This document shows, piece by piece, positions 24,916 through 36,605 of a DNA stretch of 64,000 nt; the first letter of the stretch is position 1, and each line of letters starts with the position of its first letter. The notes beneath the pieces were generated by a model. It searched no databases. It was not told the origin of the DNA and saw only the letters and a list, made by a program, of their open reading frames with translations. A program made the translations under genes and the position numbers. The DNA is from Leucoraja erinacea (Eukaryota), in the NCBI RefSeq assembly GCF_028641065.1, contig NC_073400.1:7564001-7628000 (forward strand). Reading direction: 5' to 3'.

Positions 24916-25098
24916 AACAGCATCAGGGCTGGTGGAGTCCTGCTATTCCAAGAATGGCCATGGATGGTGCAGGTCATAGATATTCCAAGGGAAATTAGGG
25001 CAACGATGTACATTTCATTAAATGCAACTGCTCTTATCCTTGTTCCTCCTTGCATTGGTGCATCAAGATGAATGAAAATGGCAGTGGTACAAATCACG

Positions 25099-25673
25099 TG
25101 GTACAGAGCCCTAGTGAGACCACACCTGGAGTATTGTGTGCAGTTTTGGTCCCCTAATTTGAGGAAGGACATTATTGCTATTGAGGGAGTGCAGCGTGGG
25201 TTTACAAGGTTAATTCCCGGAATGGCAGGACTGTCATATGCTGAGAGAATGGGGCAGCTGGGTTTGTACACTCTGGAGTTTAGAAGGATGAGAGGGAATC
25301 TCATTGAAACATATAAGATTGTTAAGGGTTTGGACACACTAGAGGCAGGAAACATGTTCCCGATGTTGGGGGAGTCTAGAACCAGGGACCACAGTTTTAG
25401 AATAAGGAGTAAGCCATTTAGAACGGAGACGAGGAAACATTTTTTTTCACAGAGAGTGGTGAGTCTGTGGAATTCTCTGCCTCAGAGGGCAGTGGAGGCG
25501 GGTTCTCTGGATGCTATCAAGAGAGAGCTAGATAGGGCTCTTGAAGATAGCGCAGTCGGGATATGGCGAGAAGGCAGGAACGAGGTACTGATTGGGGATC
25601 AGCCATGATCACATTGAATGGCGGTGCTGGCTCGAAGGGCCGAATGGCCTACTCCTGCACCTATTGTCTATTG
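25099..25673 (+). mobile_element. CR1 LINE 3' fragment in APOBEC2 intron 1
   Basis: [18 protein letters not shown]...SQRVVSLWNSLP plus 3' UTR and tail. Confidence 0.92.
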
Positions 25674-26524
25674 TCACCAATTTACAATGATATCTTTCTG
25701 TTCATGTGTTGAATTGAGGAGGACACAGATAACCAGCACCACACTCCAATTTCTGGTACACTGAATTTTGTAGCATTTATGTTGAACAAAACTGAAAGAC
25801 AACACTGAAGTACTAAGCTCAAAAATCTCACAGAGGAGTCTATTTTACCCAATGTGCCTGTGTTGGCCCTTTGGAAAAACAATAATATTTAGTTCAACAT
25901 CCCCACTTCCCCCTTGCCTGTAAACTTCTCATTCTGAACAGCATTTTAATCACACTTTTAAAATACTTTCCAGTATGTTTATACTAGGAATTACAGAATG
26001 GAACAGCACAACAGGCCCTTCAGCCCACAAAATCCATGCCAACCATCAACTTGCACTACTTACACTATTCCCTTTGCATTATCTCTACATTCCCACAAAC
26101 TCCCTCGGGTTCTGACACTCACATACATAATAGAGACAATCAACCCACCAATCCCCATGTATTTGGGATCTGGGCTGGGGAAAGCGGAGCCCCTGTGGGA
26201 AACCAACATTGTCACAAGGTGAACCTGAAAACTGCACAGAGACAACACCTAAGATTAGGATCAACCATGTTTCTCAGGGTCTCTGAAGCAGCTAAAAAGT
26301 AAAATCCTGTTCTCAAGAAGATCTTTTCCCAAGGTTTTAGAATCTATGATCTCAAGTAGCTGACCAATTCCCAGAAGGTATGGTTTTTCTTTATCTACCC
26401 TGTCAACCATCTCATAATCCTGAAAACCTCAATTTATAAAATTAAAAATGAGTAATGGACCCAAACTGACATTTGCCGAGAATGACCACAGACTACATCT
26501 CAGTCTAAAAAAGGTTTGGAGGGA

Positions 26525-26730
26525 AGGTACACAAAAATGCTGGAGAAACTCAGCGGGTGCAGCAGCATCTATGGAGCGAAGGAAATAGGCGACGTTTCGG
26601 GCCGAAACCCTTCTTCAGACCCGAAACGTTGCCTATTTCCTTCGCTCCATAGATGCTGCTGCACTCACTGAGTTTCTCCAGCATTTTTATGTACCTTCGA
26701 TTTTCCAGCATCTGCAGTTCCTTCTTAAAC
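26525..26730 (+). mobile_element. Penelope-derived hairpin insertion
   Basis: Inverted arms ggtacacaaaaatgctggagaaactcag and ctgagtttctccagcatttttatgtacc. Perfect 16-bp TSD aaaaggtttggaggga at 26509-26524 and 26731-26746. Confidence 0.85.
26588..26621 (-). ncRNA. Minimal type I hammerhead ribozyme motif (Penelope type)
   Basis: Minus strand reads ggu-CUGAAGA-A-GGGU UUCG GCCC-GAAA-C-GUC-gcc, with all core nucleotides present. Activity not shown. Confidence 0.65.
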
Positions 26731-27894
26731 AAAAGGTTTGGAGGGATATGGACCAAACACAGGCAGGTGGGACTAGTGTAGCTGGGACATGTTAGCCAGT
26801 GTGGGCAAGTTGGGCTGAAGGGCTTCTTTCCACACTATTACTTTATGACTCCATATACAGTACTTATGTTGTTTCCATTTGCCTTTAATTCATTTATACG
26901 GAATTGGTGAAGGATACTTGGTCTGCCATTTTTGTGGAATTCACTGTTCATGGTGGAAGTGGGCCCAGTGTTGGATGATAGAGTTAAATGATTAAATAAC
27001 ATTACAAACTGCATGAAAATCACACTCTAGATTTTTTTCAGGTGCAAACCGGGAAAGTCACTTTTAATTGATTTGAAGACGGTTTTAAATCGTTTTGTAA
27101 AATCTCCCTGGACAAAATGGTTCATTATTATTAAAGAAAATGCTCACAAACTTTTATGGAATAGTGTTGTATGTTTATTTATTTATTTCATTAACTATAA
27201 AACTCATTTGACATAAATCAGTTCACTATAGTTAATGATTCAGTCTTCTGAACTAGTTGGAAAATCAAAATGTCCACAGTACTCATTAAACATCCTAGTT
27301 TATGATAAACACATAGAAACAATTTGGGAAATAAATGTTCATGGTTTCATTAAATACTTGTTTTTAAATATCTTTCCAGTTTAATTTACAAACATCCTCG
27401 CTCCACTCCTGAAGCTGAATTGATGTACCCTTGCATATCTATAGATGGTAGATTCATTGGTATCTCTTCCTGTAGATGAAGGAGGAGACAGTAAACCTGA
27501 TGACTAGCAGGGAAAATGGAGAATGAGAAATTGCCAAAAGACCATGGCGTTCAGATATCCTTTGTGGAGGGAAAACCGTCTTCAATTTTCAGGCCAAAGC
27601 ACCTTCCATCAATGGAAGGGGTTGAAATGCTTTCAATCACAGAGAAGGAGAGGGGTGGAGAGAGCAGAGGGAGTATCTGTGCGAGGACGTGAACAAGAGA
27701 TACTGAATGCACAACTGGTGATGCTGCAGGCTGGCTCAGGGTGTTGAAGGTCTGCCTCGTTAGTTGATTTGTCTGCATTAAGTATAAATAGGAGATGAAT
27801 ATAAAGAGGAGACAGGTAGGAAAACAATGCTGAAACTGAGATTAAAAAGGCCTTTAATTAGAATTTCCAGCATATGCAGTTTTGTTTTCCTCGA

Positions 27895-28833
27895 AAACAT
27901 AGAAAGTAGGTGCAGGAGGAAGCCATTTGTCCAAGCCAGCACCGCCATTCATTGTGATCATGGCTGATCATCCACAATCAATAACCCGTGCCTGCCTTCT
28001 CCCCATATCCCTTGATTCCGCTGGCCCCAAGAGCTCTATCTACCTCTCTTTTTAATTCATCCATCGAATTGGCCTCTACTGCCTTCTGTGGCAGAGAATT
28101 ACACAAATTCACAACTCTCTGGGTGAAAAAGTTTTTTCTCATCTCAGTTTTAAATGGCCTCCCCTTTATTTTTAGACTGTGGCCCTGGTTCTGGACTCTC
28201 CCAACATTGGGAACATTTATCCTGCATCTTGCTTGTCCAGTCCTTTTATAATTTTATAAGATACCCTCTCATCCTTCTATATTCAAGTGAATACGAGCCC
28301 AGTCTTTCCAATCTTTCCTCCTATAACAGTCCCGCATTCCCGGGGATTAACCTTGTGAACCTGCGCTGCACTGCCTCAATAGCAAGAATGTCCTTCCACA
28401 AATTAAGAGCCCAAAACTGCACACAATACTCCAGATGTGGTCTCACCAGGGCTCTGTACAACTGCAGAAGGACCTCTTTACTCCGACACTAAAATTCTCT
28501 CGTTATGAAGCTTTCTTCACTGCCTGCTTTACCTGCATGTTTACTTTCAGTGACTGGTACAAGGACGCCCAGGTCTTGTTGCACTTGTCTTTTTCCTAAT
28601 CTGACACCATTGAGATAATAATCTGCCACCTTGTTCTTGCTGCCAAAGTGGATAACCTCACATTTATCTACATTATACTGCGTCTGCCATGCATCTGCCC
28701 ACTCACTCAACCTGTCCAAGTCACCCTGCAACCTCCTTGTATCCTCTTTGGAGTTCACATTGCCACCCAGCTTTGTGTCACCTGCAAATTTTCTAGTGTT
28801 ACTTTTAATCCCATCATCTAAATCATTAATATA
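27895..28833 (-). mobile_element. CR1 LINE 3' fragment, inverted relative to 25099-25673
   Basis: YINDLDDGIKSNTRKFAGDTKLGG...QYNVDKCEVIHFG plus CR1 3' UTR. Confidence 0.9.
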
Positions 28834-29315
28834 TAACTCAACCAGTCTAGGAGTGTCCTGACCCAAAGCGTCATCTTTTCAATCGCTCCACAGATGCTTC
28901 CTGACACTCCTTTCCTCCAGAATTTTGTTTTATGCTCAAACTTCCAGCATCTTGTGTCCCTATTTAATATTCAAATATTAATTTAATATTCAATATTTAT
29001 TTGAACATACTGACACATTGATTGATTGAAAGATGCAGCATGCCAGGAAACAAGCCAGAGGACATAGATTTAAGGTGAAGTGGAAAAAATTTAATAGCAA
29101 CCTGAGGGATAACTTTTTCAGACAAAGCTAGGTTGTTGAGGCAGGGACTATCCCAACATTTAAGAAACAGGTTTATGGATAGGGCAGGTTTGGAGGGATA
29201 TAGACCAAATGTGGGCAGGTGGGACTAATGTAGCTGGGACATGTTGGCCGGTGAGGGCAGGTTGGGCTGAAAGGCCTGTTTCCACATTGTATCACTCTAC
29301 GAATCTATGACTCTA

Positions 29316-29590
29316 GGCCCTTTGGCCTACCGAGTCCATGCCGACTATGGATCAAACGTTCCCACTAGTTCTATATTATCTCATTTTGGCATCCACTCCC
29401 TACATACTAGGGACAATTTTATAGAGGACAATTAACCTACAATCTGCACATTTTGGGATGTGGGGAAACCAGATCACACTCAGGAAACCCGCGCAGTCAC
29501 AGGGAGAATGTGCAACTTCACACAGAGCAACCAAGGTCAGGATTGAACCTGGGTGTTTGATGCCGTTAGGCAGCAGCTCCACCAGCTGTA
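29316..29590 (-). mobile_element. V-SINE (HE1-like)
   Basis: Reverse complement of the tRNA-like head and V-domain seen at 36301-36605. Confidence 0.7.
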
Positions 29591-29619
29591 GAACTGACAC
29601 TCAATCCAATACATACTCA

Positions 29620-29666
29620 GTCTCTCTTTCTCTCTCCCTCCATCTCCCCCTCCCCCTCCCTCTCTT

Positions 29667-29705
<39 letters not shown>
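29620..29705. repeat. (CT)n / polypyrimidine microsatellite
   Basis: Seen directly. Confidence 0.9.
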
Positions 29706-29706
<1 letters not shown>

Positions 29707-31460
29707 ACACACATTCATATGAACTCTCCAACACACACAATGAACAATATTGCTCAGGATGTGCAAGTGAGTGAAAGCCTGAAACCTGTATTGCTGTAAT
29801 CTAACATTATGGCAATTGTCCAAAAAGGCTGTGAGCTAAATTTCCCTCAGTATATATATTTATACCTGCTCAAACATGTATTGCATTACAGAAAGATAGC
29901 CCTTTCATAGCAGTGATGACATCTTTCAGAATACTTAAGATAAAATTAATCATTGGAGACGTATACAATATTATATATGTGTGTATATATTTAGGTGACT
30001 GGTGGCTGTGTACATTCAGCACATGTAACACTACATACTCTGATATACTCTGTGAGGCCATTTTTCCTAAATAATTGCTCCTGCTGTGAGTTTCGCCAAA
30101 TGGCAACATGTGTCAGAACATCACAGAACATGCCCATCACAGACTGATGAATTCTGAGGCAGCGTGTCCTTATAAGAGCTTTTGGCAGGCGAGCTGTGCG
30201 TGCTCACTAAACTGACCTATGCCATACTTAGACAATAAATAATAACAGAAGGTCCATCATACAGACATACGAAGATACTTCAAGATTGGTGCTATTAGAG
30301 AACAAATAGATGGTGTTTGTTTTAATGCAGTTACTACCCATTATGAAATGAAGCCAAATTCGACTGATCGAAATTCACTCACTTATATTACCTAAATAAA
30401 GCTGGGCTTGTAATGGGTCAGACTTAATACATGTATCACATGCAATCTGAATTATTTTTTTCTTTCCCTGTAGCTTCATGATCTTAGATCATATTTTTTT
30501 TCCATCTATTATAGAATATAGGAATGGCTAAGCAACACAGCTGGTAACACAGCTCACTCACAACTCCATGAAACCCAGGTTCAATCCTGACCTCTGATGC
30601 TGCCTATGTGGAGTTAACATACTGTATGCTCCCTGCAGTGTTCCAGAAGATGGTCTAGTTTCCTCCCACCTTCCTAAACCGTGCAGGTTAGTCGACTGAT
30701 TTGCCTCTATAGATTGTGTGTAGCGCGGGCGGAATTGATTGGAATGTGGGAAGAATAACATAGGATTACTGTAAATGGGTGTTGATGTCAGCACGGATGC
30801 AATGGGCCATCGACTCATTTATCCTCCTGGGTGAAGCTGTGACCGTGATAATTGATTGAATCATAAGATGCAGCACGGAAACAGCCCACTGGGTCCACGC
30901 TGTCCATCAATCAATCACCTGCTCATACTATTTCCGTGCTATCCCACTCCCTTCACACTAGGAGAAAGTTACGGAAACCTATCAACCTACAAATCCGTAC
31001 ATCTTTAGGATGCAGGAGGAAACTGGAGCACCTGAAGAAATCCCATGCATGGAGAAGATGTAAACTCCACACAAGGCCAGGATCGAGCCCGGTCTCTACC
31101 AGCTGTGAGGCAGTAGCTCTTCCAACTGCACCACTGTGACATCCTGGCTAAATATCAACTATTTCCATCGTCCCTTTATCAATACTGTAGCATTGGTCAT
31201 TCAACCTATAGCTGTTTTTGGTCTGATTTGTATCTAAGTTTTCCTCTTTCCCAACATGTCAACACAATGTAGACACCAGTACTGCAGTTGTTGAGGGAAG
31301 AAGCGAATGGGACAATCCAACCCATGAGGCTGATCATGAGGGTATGGGTGCAGTTGATATTGAGATAGGAAAGAAGGATGATAGTCAAGTTGGCAATGTG
31401 ATAGCGGTGGATTACCTTTGCAAGAATCTTAAACTGCGGAGCGAGGCTTAGGTTTTACGG

Positions 31461-31811
31461 GAGATAGAGACAAAATGCTGGAGTAACTCAGCGGGACAGG
31501 CAACATCTCTGGATAGAAGGTATGAGTGACGTTTCGGGTCGAGACCCTTCTTCAGACTGAGAGATCAAAGGGGGACGAAGATCAAGGAAAATGTAGAGTC
31601 TTTTCCCCTTCGTCTCCTTTGGTGTCTCATTTTCACACTTTACCTTCCATATCTCTCGTTTCCCTGACCCCTAATTCTCAGCCTGAAGATGGGTCTTGAC
31701 CCAAAGCATCACCCATTCCTTTTATCCAGAGATGCTGCCTGTTCCCGCTAAGTTGCTCCAGCATTTTTGTGTCTACGGTGTAAACCAGCATCTGCAGTTC
31801 CTTCCTACAGA
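31461..31811 (+). mobile_element. Penelope-derived hairpin insertion about 100 nt into APOBEC2 intron 1
   Basis: Inverted arms, with 11-bp TSD ttaggttttac at 31448-31458 and 31812-31822. Confidence 0.85.
31525..31558 (-). ncRNA. Minimal type I hammerhead ribozyme motif with a perfect core, sense to APOBEC2 pre-mRNA
   Basis: Minus strand reads agu-CUGAAGA-A-GGGUC UC GACCC-GAAA-C-GUC-acu: 3-bp stem I, stem II, and a loopless palindromic stem III (ACGU). Confidence 0.7.
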
Positions 31812-31916
31812 TTAGGTTTTACAGCTTTTAACGCTTTTCACAAACATGTAGTTAGTCAGCATTAGAATCTAAAGGTTAGGGTGCAGTGCACCAAGTGTAA
31901 AGAGTTTAACACTTAC

Positions 31917-32029
31917 CCAATGATTATTACAAAAGGCCCCAGGTCAGTTTCTTCAACATTTTCTTGTCCCTCTGCTGTTTCCTCATTGTTAATCTGCGAG
32001 GTCGCTTCTTCAGCCTTCTTCTCGGCCAT
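31917..32029 (-). CDS. APOBEC2: APOBEC2 exon 1 (acidic N-terminus)
   Basis: ATG at 32029-32027 in the context gcaATGG. Encodes MAEKKAEEATSQINNEETAEGQENVEETDLGPFVIII(G) versus human MAQKEEAA...ELPPFEIVTG. GTAAGT donor at 31916-31911; phase 2 joins exon 2 in frame for 215 aa total. Confidence 0.93.
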
Positions 32030-32121
32030 TGCTTGACAAGGTCAGTGTGTTGTGCACAGACTGATGGCAGCTCGGTACTGACTGAGGGAGGAATCCCCGC
32101 CGCATTAAAATACCTCAGGCG

Positions 32122-32131
32122 CCAAATAAGG
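32122..32131. promoter_or_regulatory. CArG box (SRF site) in the APOBEC2 proximal promoter
   Basis: CCAAATAAGG is a perfect CC(A/T)6GG about 95 nt upstream of the ATG. GATA motif cttatct at 32228-32234. Confidence 0.6.
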
Positions 32132-33163
32132 GAGCAAGGGAGGAGAGGACTACCAGCCCAAAATAAACTGCAGCTCAGTCATCACCAGTAGTCCCATCAA
32201 TCACACATGGCCTTCCCTAACCCTCACCTTATCTTTTCTCCCCAACACATCTATTTTCATTTAACTCACGGAGAAAGAAATCCATTTGAAAAGGGAGCCA
32301 CATGCAAAAGTTGTGTCTTACTTTCTCTCAATTCTAACGCTCGCCTACATACTAAGGGCAATTTACAGCTATCAAAAAATTGATAAAGCCTTCGGCAATG
32401 ATGATTACTGAGGCTTCCTGCTTCAGTCTCGCATCTCTCTCAATGACAAAGTGGCACTCTGGCACAGTCTCATAGTGCCAGACGCCCGGGTTTAATCCTG
32501 ACCTCAGGTGTTATCTATGTGGAGTTTGCATGCTCTCCCTGAGACCCCAAGGATTTCTACCAGGTGCTCCAGTTTCCTGCAAAAACTTGCAGGTTAATTG
32601 CCTCTGTGATTTGCCCTTTGTGGATGAGAACATTATAATAATAATATCTTTTATTGTCATTGCACGTCAGTGCAACGAGATTTAGTATGCAGCTCCAACC
32701 GATGAAAAAGAAAAGTAAAATAAATAAATAATCTGTGTGTCGTGACCATCCGAGGGAGACAGTCCAGGGGGTGTGGGGGGCACTCAGCAGGGCCGGTTCA
32801 GAGCCGCTATAGCTCTTGGAATAAAGCTGTTTCTGAGTCTGGAGGTATGATGCATATGATTACATAGAACCGATGTGAAGGGCTGATCGATGGTTGGTGC
32901 GGACTGGGTGGGCCTAAGGGCCTGCTTCAATGTTGCATCTCTAAACTAAATTAAACTAAAAATTAGTTGTCTCAAGAGGTTCCAGTCATGGTCATTGCTA
33001 TTAATTGTGTCTACTTTCTTCAGCAATGCTCTTAATGGGGTGTGGTTATGTTGTGAATGACGTGTGATGTAGGGTTGTATCGGACGTACAAATGGGATGG
33101 CGTTGGTCTTCCCCTGGTGCTCCAGTTCCTCCCACACTCCAAATACGTACAGGTTTGTAGGTT

Positions 33164-33380
33164 GACACAAAAAGCTGGAGTAACTCAGCATGTCAGGCAG
33201 CATCTCTGGAGAAAATAAATACGTGACGTTTCAGGCCGAGACCCATCTTCAGACTGAGAGGGTCTCCACCCGAAAAGTCACCTATTCCTTTTCTCCAGAG
33301 ATGCTGTCTGACCCGCTGAGATACTCCAGCTTTTTGTGTCTATCTTTGGTTTAATCAGGCATCTGCAGTTCATTCCTACA
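33164..33380 (+). mobile_element. Penelope-derived hairpin insertion inside a V-SINE
   Basis: Inverted arms, TSD ggtttgtaggtt / ggcttgtaggtt at 33152-33163 and 33381-33392; SINE sequence resumes after it. Confidence 0.8.
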
Positions 33381-35333
33381 GGCTTGTAGGTTATGTAGCT
33401 TGTGTGGGGGAATGCTAGTGTACGGGGATCGCTGGGCTGCGCAGACTCAGTGGGCTGAAGGGCCTGTTTCCGCGCTGTATCCCTAAACTAAACTAAACGA
33501 CATTTCTCATGTACCTGCAGGAACTACTTGCTCATCACAAATTGATTCCCTGGCTCCTTGCTTCCATGGTTCACAGTTTAATTTCCCCTCTCTCTGGCCA
33601 GAAGGATCCATTGTGGCATTATTGTGCCGTACATGGGAATAGTCAGGACTGTGGGTTGGCCCTGAATATGACCATGCTGGATCACTGCCACATTGAGCAA
33701 TGTTCTTTATTTATTCATTCGCATGATGTGGACACTTGTAGCAACACCAACATTTATTATCCATCACTAACTGCCCCTGATCTGAACAATTAAATGTCAG
33801 CCATATGGTTTGGGCCCCTACGAGCCATACCAGACAAGAATGGTAGATTTCCTTCCCAGGATATTCATGAAGCAAAGTGATCTTTCAGATAAAATGACAC
33901 AATCATGGTTAATCAATGGTTTAATGGTTCTTCATTATCACATCTAGCAAGGTACAGTGAAATTATTATTCAGTTCAGTAAAATGGATGCCGTACATATA
34001 TTGTTGAGTCGGGCGTTGCTTAAGAAAAATAATCCAGATTTACTTAATTACTTCACTTTATTTTCCCAGCTGCCATGAACTCATGACCCTGTACGAAGGG
34101 TCCACAACTCTGGTTGCTAGTCGAGTAACATAACTGTAATGTAGCCTCTGAAATATTCTAGAAGTCTTTGTATCACTGTCTGGAGATGCCATCTCTAGTT
34201 TTGCTCTTCTCCCTCTCGGTTTTGCCCCTTAGTTACTGCAAAACACAAACACTCTTGCTACTTGCTCATTGCATTTTTAATTCACCGACTGCATGCAAAC
34301 TCCAACTGATAAATGAAGACAGGTGTTGACAGGTAATTTATTCATCCCTGCTTTAAATCAGTACATCCAGTACTATATCACGCCCTTGGCACCAATCCAT
34401 GCTCTGTGACTCACTCGGGTGCTGTTAGTATGAGCAGTGAGAAGAACAGATGCTACAAGAGCAAGGTTTGCAGATCAACATTGTCAATTCCGGCTGCCAT
34501 TCCCAATAGACATGTTGCAGGTTCTGCGGAAATGATCTCCAGCAGGAGGGATCTCCATGGGGAAGACCGTAAAGACGTAGGCCATGATGCAAGCAACACT
34601 CTGCAGGTTACTGGGGAGTATTGCTACTGAGTGAATGCGAGCAACAATGATGAGGAGGGGACAGGGAGGAAGAGTGCCCCCATAGGATCAGAAGGCCCTG
34701 GACAGGTAGGTCTAGAACAGTGGCAATCTTTAGTTTAGTTTAGTTTAGATATTGTCACGTACTGAGGTACAGTGAAAAGCCTTTGTTGCATGTTAACCAG
34801 TCAGTGGAAAGATAATGTATGATTACAATCGTCATCCAAATACACGATAAAGGGATTAACATTTAGTGCAAAATAAAGTCCAGTAAAGTCTGATCAAAGA
34901 TAGTCTGCCATAGTCCAATGGAGAAACTCTATCCTCCATTGTTGAACAATGGGGCCCATTGAGATGCAGTAAGCTAAGTTAGGTGATCCTGATAGGAGAT
35001 AAATCGCTGAAAGAACATGCCTTGCTGGTGATGCCATGATTCTTGGACTATTCCGGTAGTTTATCCATTCAATAAACTTTTTGGAGTTGTGCAAACAAAC
35101 CTTTTGCCCTGATCGTAATTCTCATTGTATTACTCTGCGTACATATACTTTCAGTAAGCCTTTAACATTGGCCAGTGATATATTGATACATATAGCAGAT
35201 CCAACTATTTTATTTTCTATTTTATCATTGAGATGATTATAAATCAAATAAAATAACAGCATTTAAAAGACACTTGGACAGGTACATTGATAGGATTGGT
35301 TTAGTGGGATATGGGACAAATGCAGGCGAATAA

Positions 35334-35623
35334 TGGCCCTGTCCCACTGTACGAGTTCATTCAAGTGCTCTCCCGAGTTTAAAAAAAAATCAAACTCGTG
35401 GAAGCACGTAGAATGTACGTAGTGGGTACGTCAGAGCTCGGGACGTTTCTCAGTGGCTCGTAACGCTAACGGCAGGTACTCGGGAAACGCGGTAAGCTCG
35501 CGAAGACTCGTGAAGACTCGAGAGCCCCGAGTACCTACGAGTGGCCATTACCGTAAATCTCCGAGTTCGAATCAGGGCAAACTCGGGAGATCTACAATTA
35601 ACTCATACAGTGGGACAGTGCCA
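35334..35623. mobile_element. PIF/Harbinger-type MITE nested in a CR1-type 3' tail
   Basis: TIRs tggccctgtcccactgtacgagtt and aactcatacagtgggacagtgcca, with many internal ctcgg/cgag submotifs. Confidence 0.75.
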
Positions 35624-36300
35624 TACGACTAGCTGAAATGGCGTATCTTGGTTGCCATGGAAGAGTTGGGCTGAAGTGTCTGTTTCCATGGTGTATGAGT
35701 GTATGGTCTATGATCCAATTCCAATTTTAGAAACCCTGTCTATAGCCGTTGGTGACAAGCTGGGACTGCAAACGCTCGTTGCTAGTGAAACTCTATCGAG
35801 AATCATCTCCGACCTACTTCATCACTGAAATACGAGTTCAATTTGGCAAGTCTAATTGAGGATTCCATCCAGAGCAATGTAATGACCATTGGACTGTATC
35901 TATCTAATAATACAAGAGCCCAGGTTTAACACTGGCTCTGTGCTGATCAAGCATCTAGTTTATCATAATGTCCTGTTGGTCTCCTGAATTAGGAAAGGAA
36001 ACAAAAACAGTGATCCAACTTTGGATCCAGTAAAGCTTTTTGTGAAGTGGTTGCTCATAAAAGCCTGGAAAAAAGGGAGGAGTTTCCCTGAATAAGGTGC
36101 AACAAGCCAGAAGTGAAAGAGTGCAACCTTCAGTAATAATGAGTCAGGCTCTGCTCTTTCACCCTTGAGACCTAGAGCTGATCCATGAGCATCTGTACGA
36201 ACATACAAATTAGCTGTGGTTAAAATCAGCAGAGTTGGAAATGTAAACTGAACTGATATACAAACGAACATTATGTCAGGCAGTCCAGTAGAATCAAGAA

Positions 36301-36605
36301 GGGCAGCATGGTGGCACAGCAGTAGAGTTGGTGCCTCACAGCACCAGATACCCAGGTTCGATCCTGGCTATGGGTACTGTCTGTATGGAGTGTGTACGTT
36401 CTTCTCGTGACCATGTGGGTTTTCTCCGGGTGCTCCGGTTTCCTCCCACACTCCAAAGGCGTACAGATTTGTAGGTTAATTGGCTTCTGTAAATTATAAA
36501 TTGTCCCTGGTGTGTATGGCAAAAATTATTACGAGTGATCGTTGGTCAGCGCAGACTCGGTGGGCCGAAGGGCCTGTTTCCACGCTGCATCTCAAGTCAA
36601 AGTCT
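36301..36605 (+). mobile_element. V-SINE (HE1-like), near full length
   Basis: Pol III A box (tggcacagcagtag), B box (ggttcgatcc), V-domain gtgggttttctccgggtgctccggtttcctcccacactccaaa, and CR1-type tail gggccgaagggcctgtttcc. Confidence 0.85.

Noticed and set aside
30050-30200. Intronic muscle enhancer (CCTTATAAGA, E-boxes, AGAACA half-sites)
   Set aside because: The CArG is imperfect and the other motifs are short enough to be chance; not supportable without conservation data.
36301-36375. tRNA gene
   Set aside because: The A and B boxes belong to a SINE head that continues into the V-domain and CR1-like tail; no complete cloverleaf.
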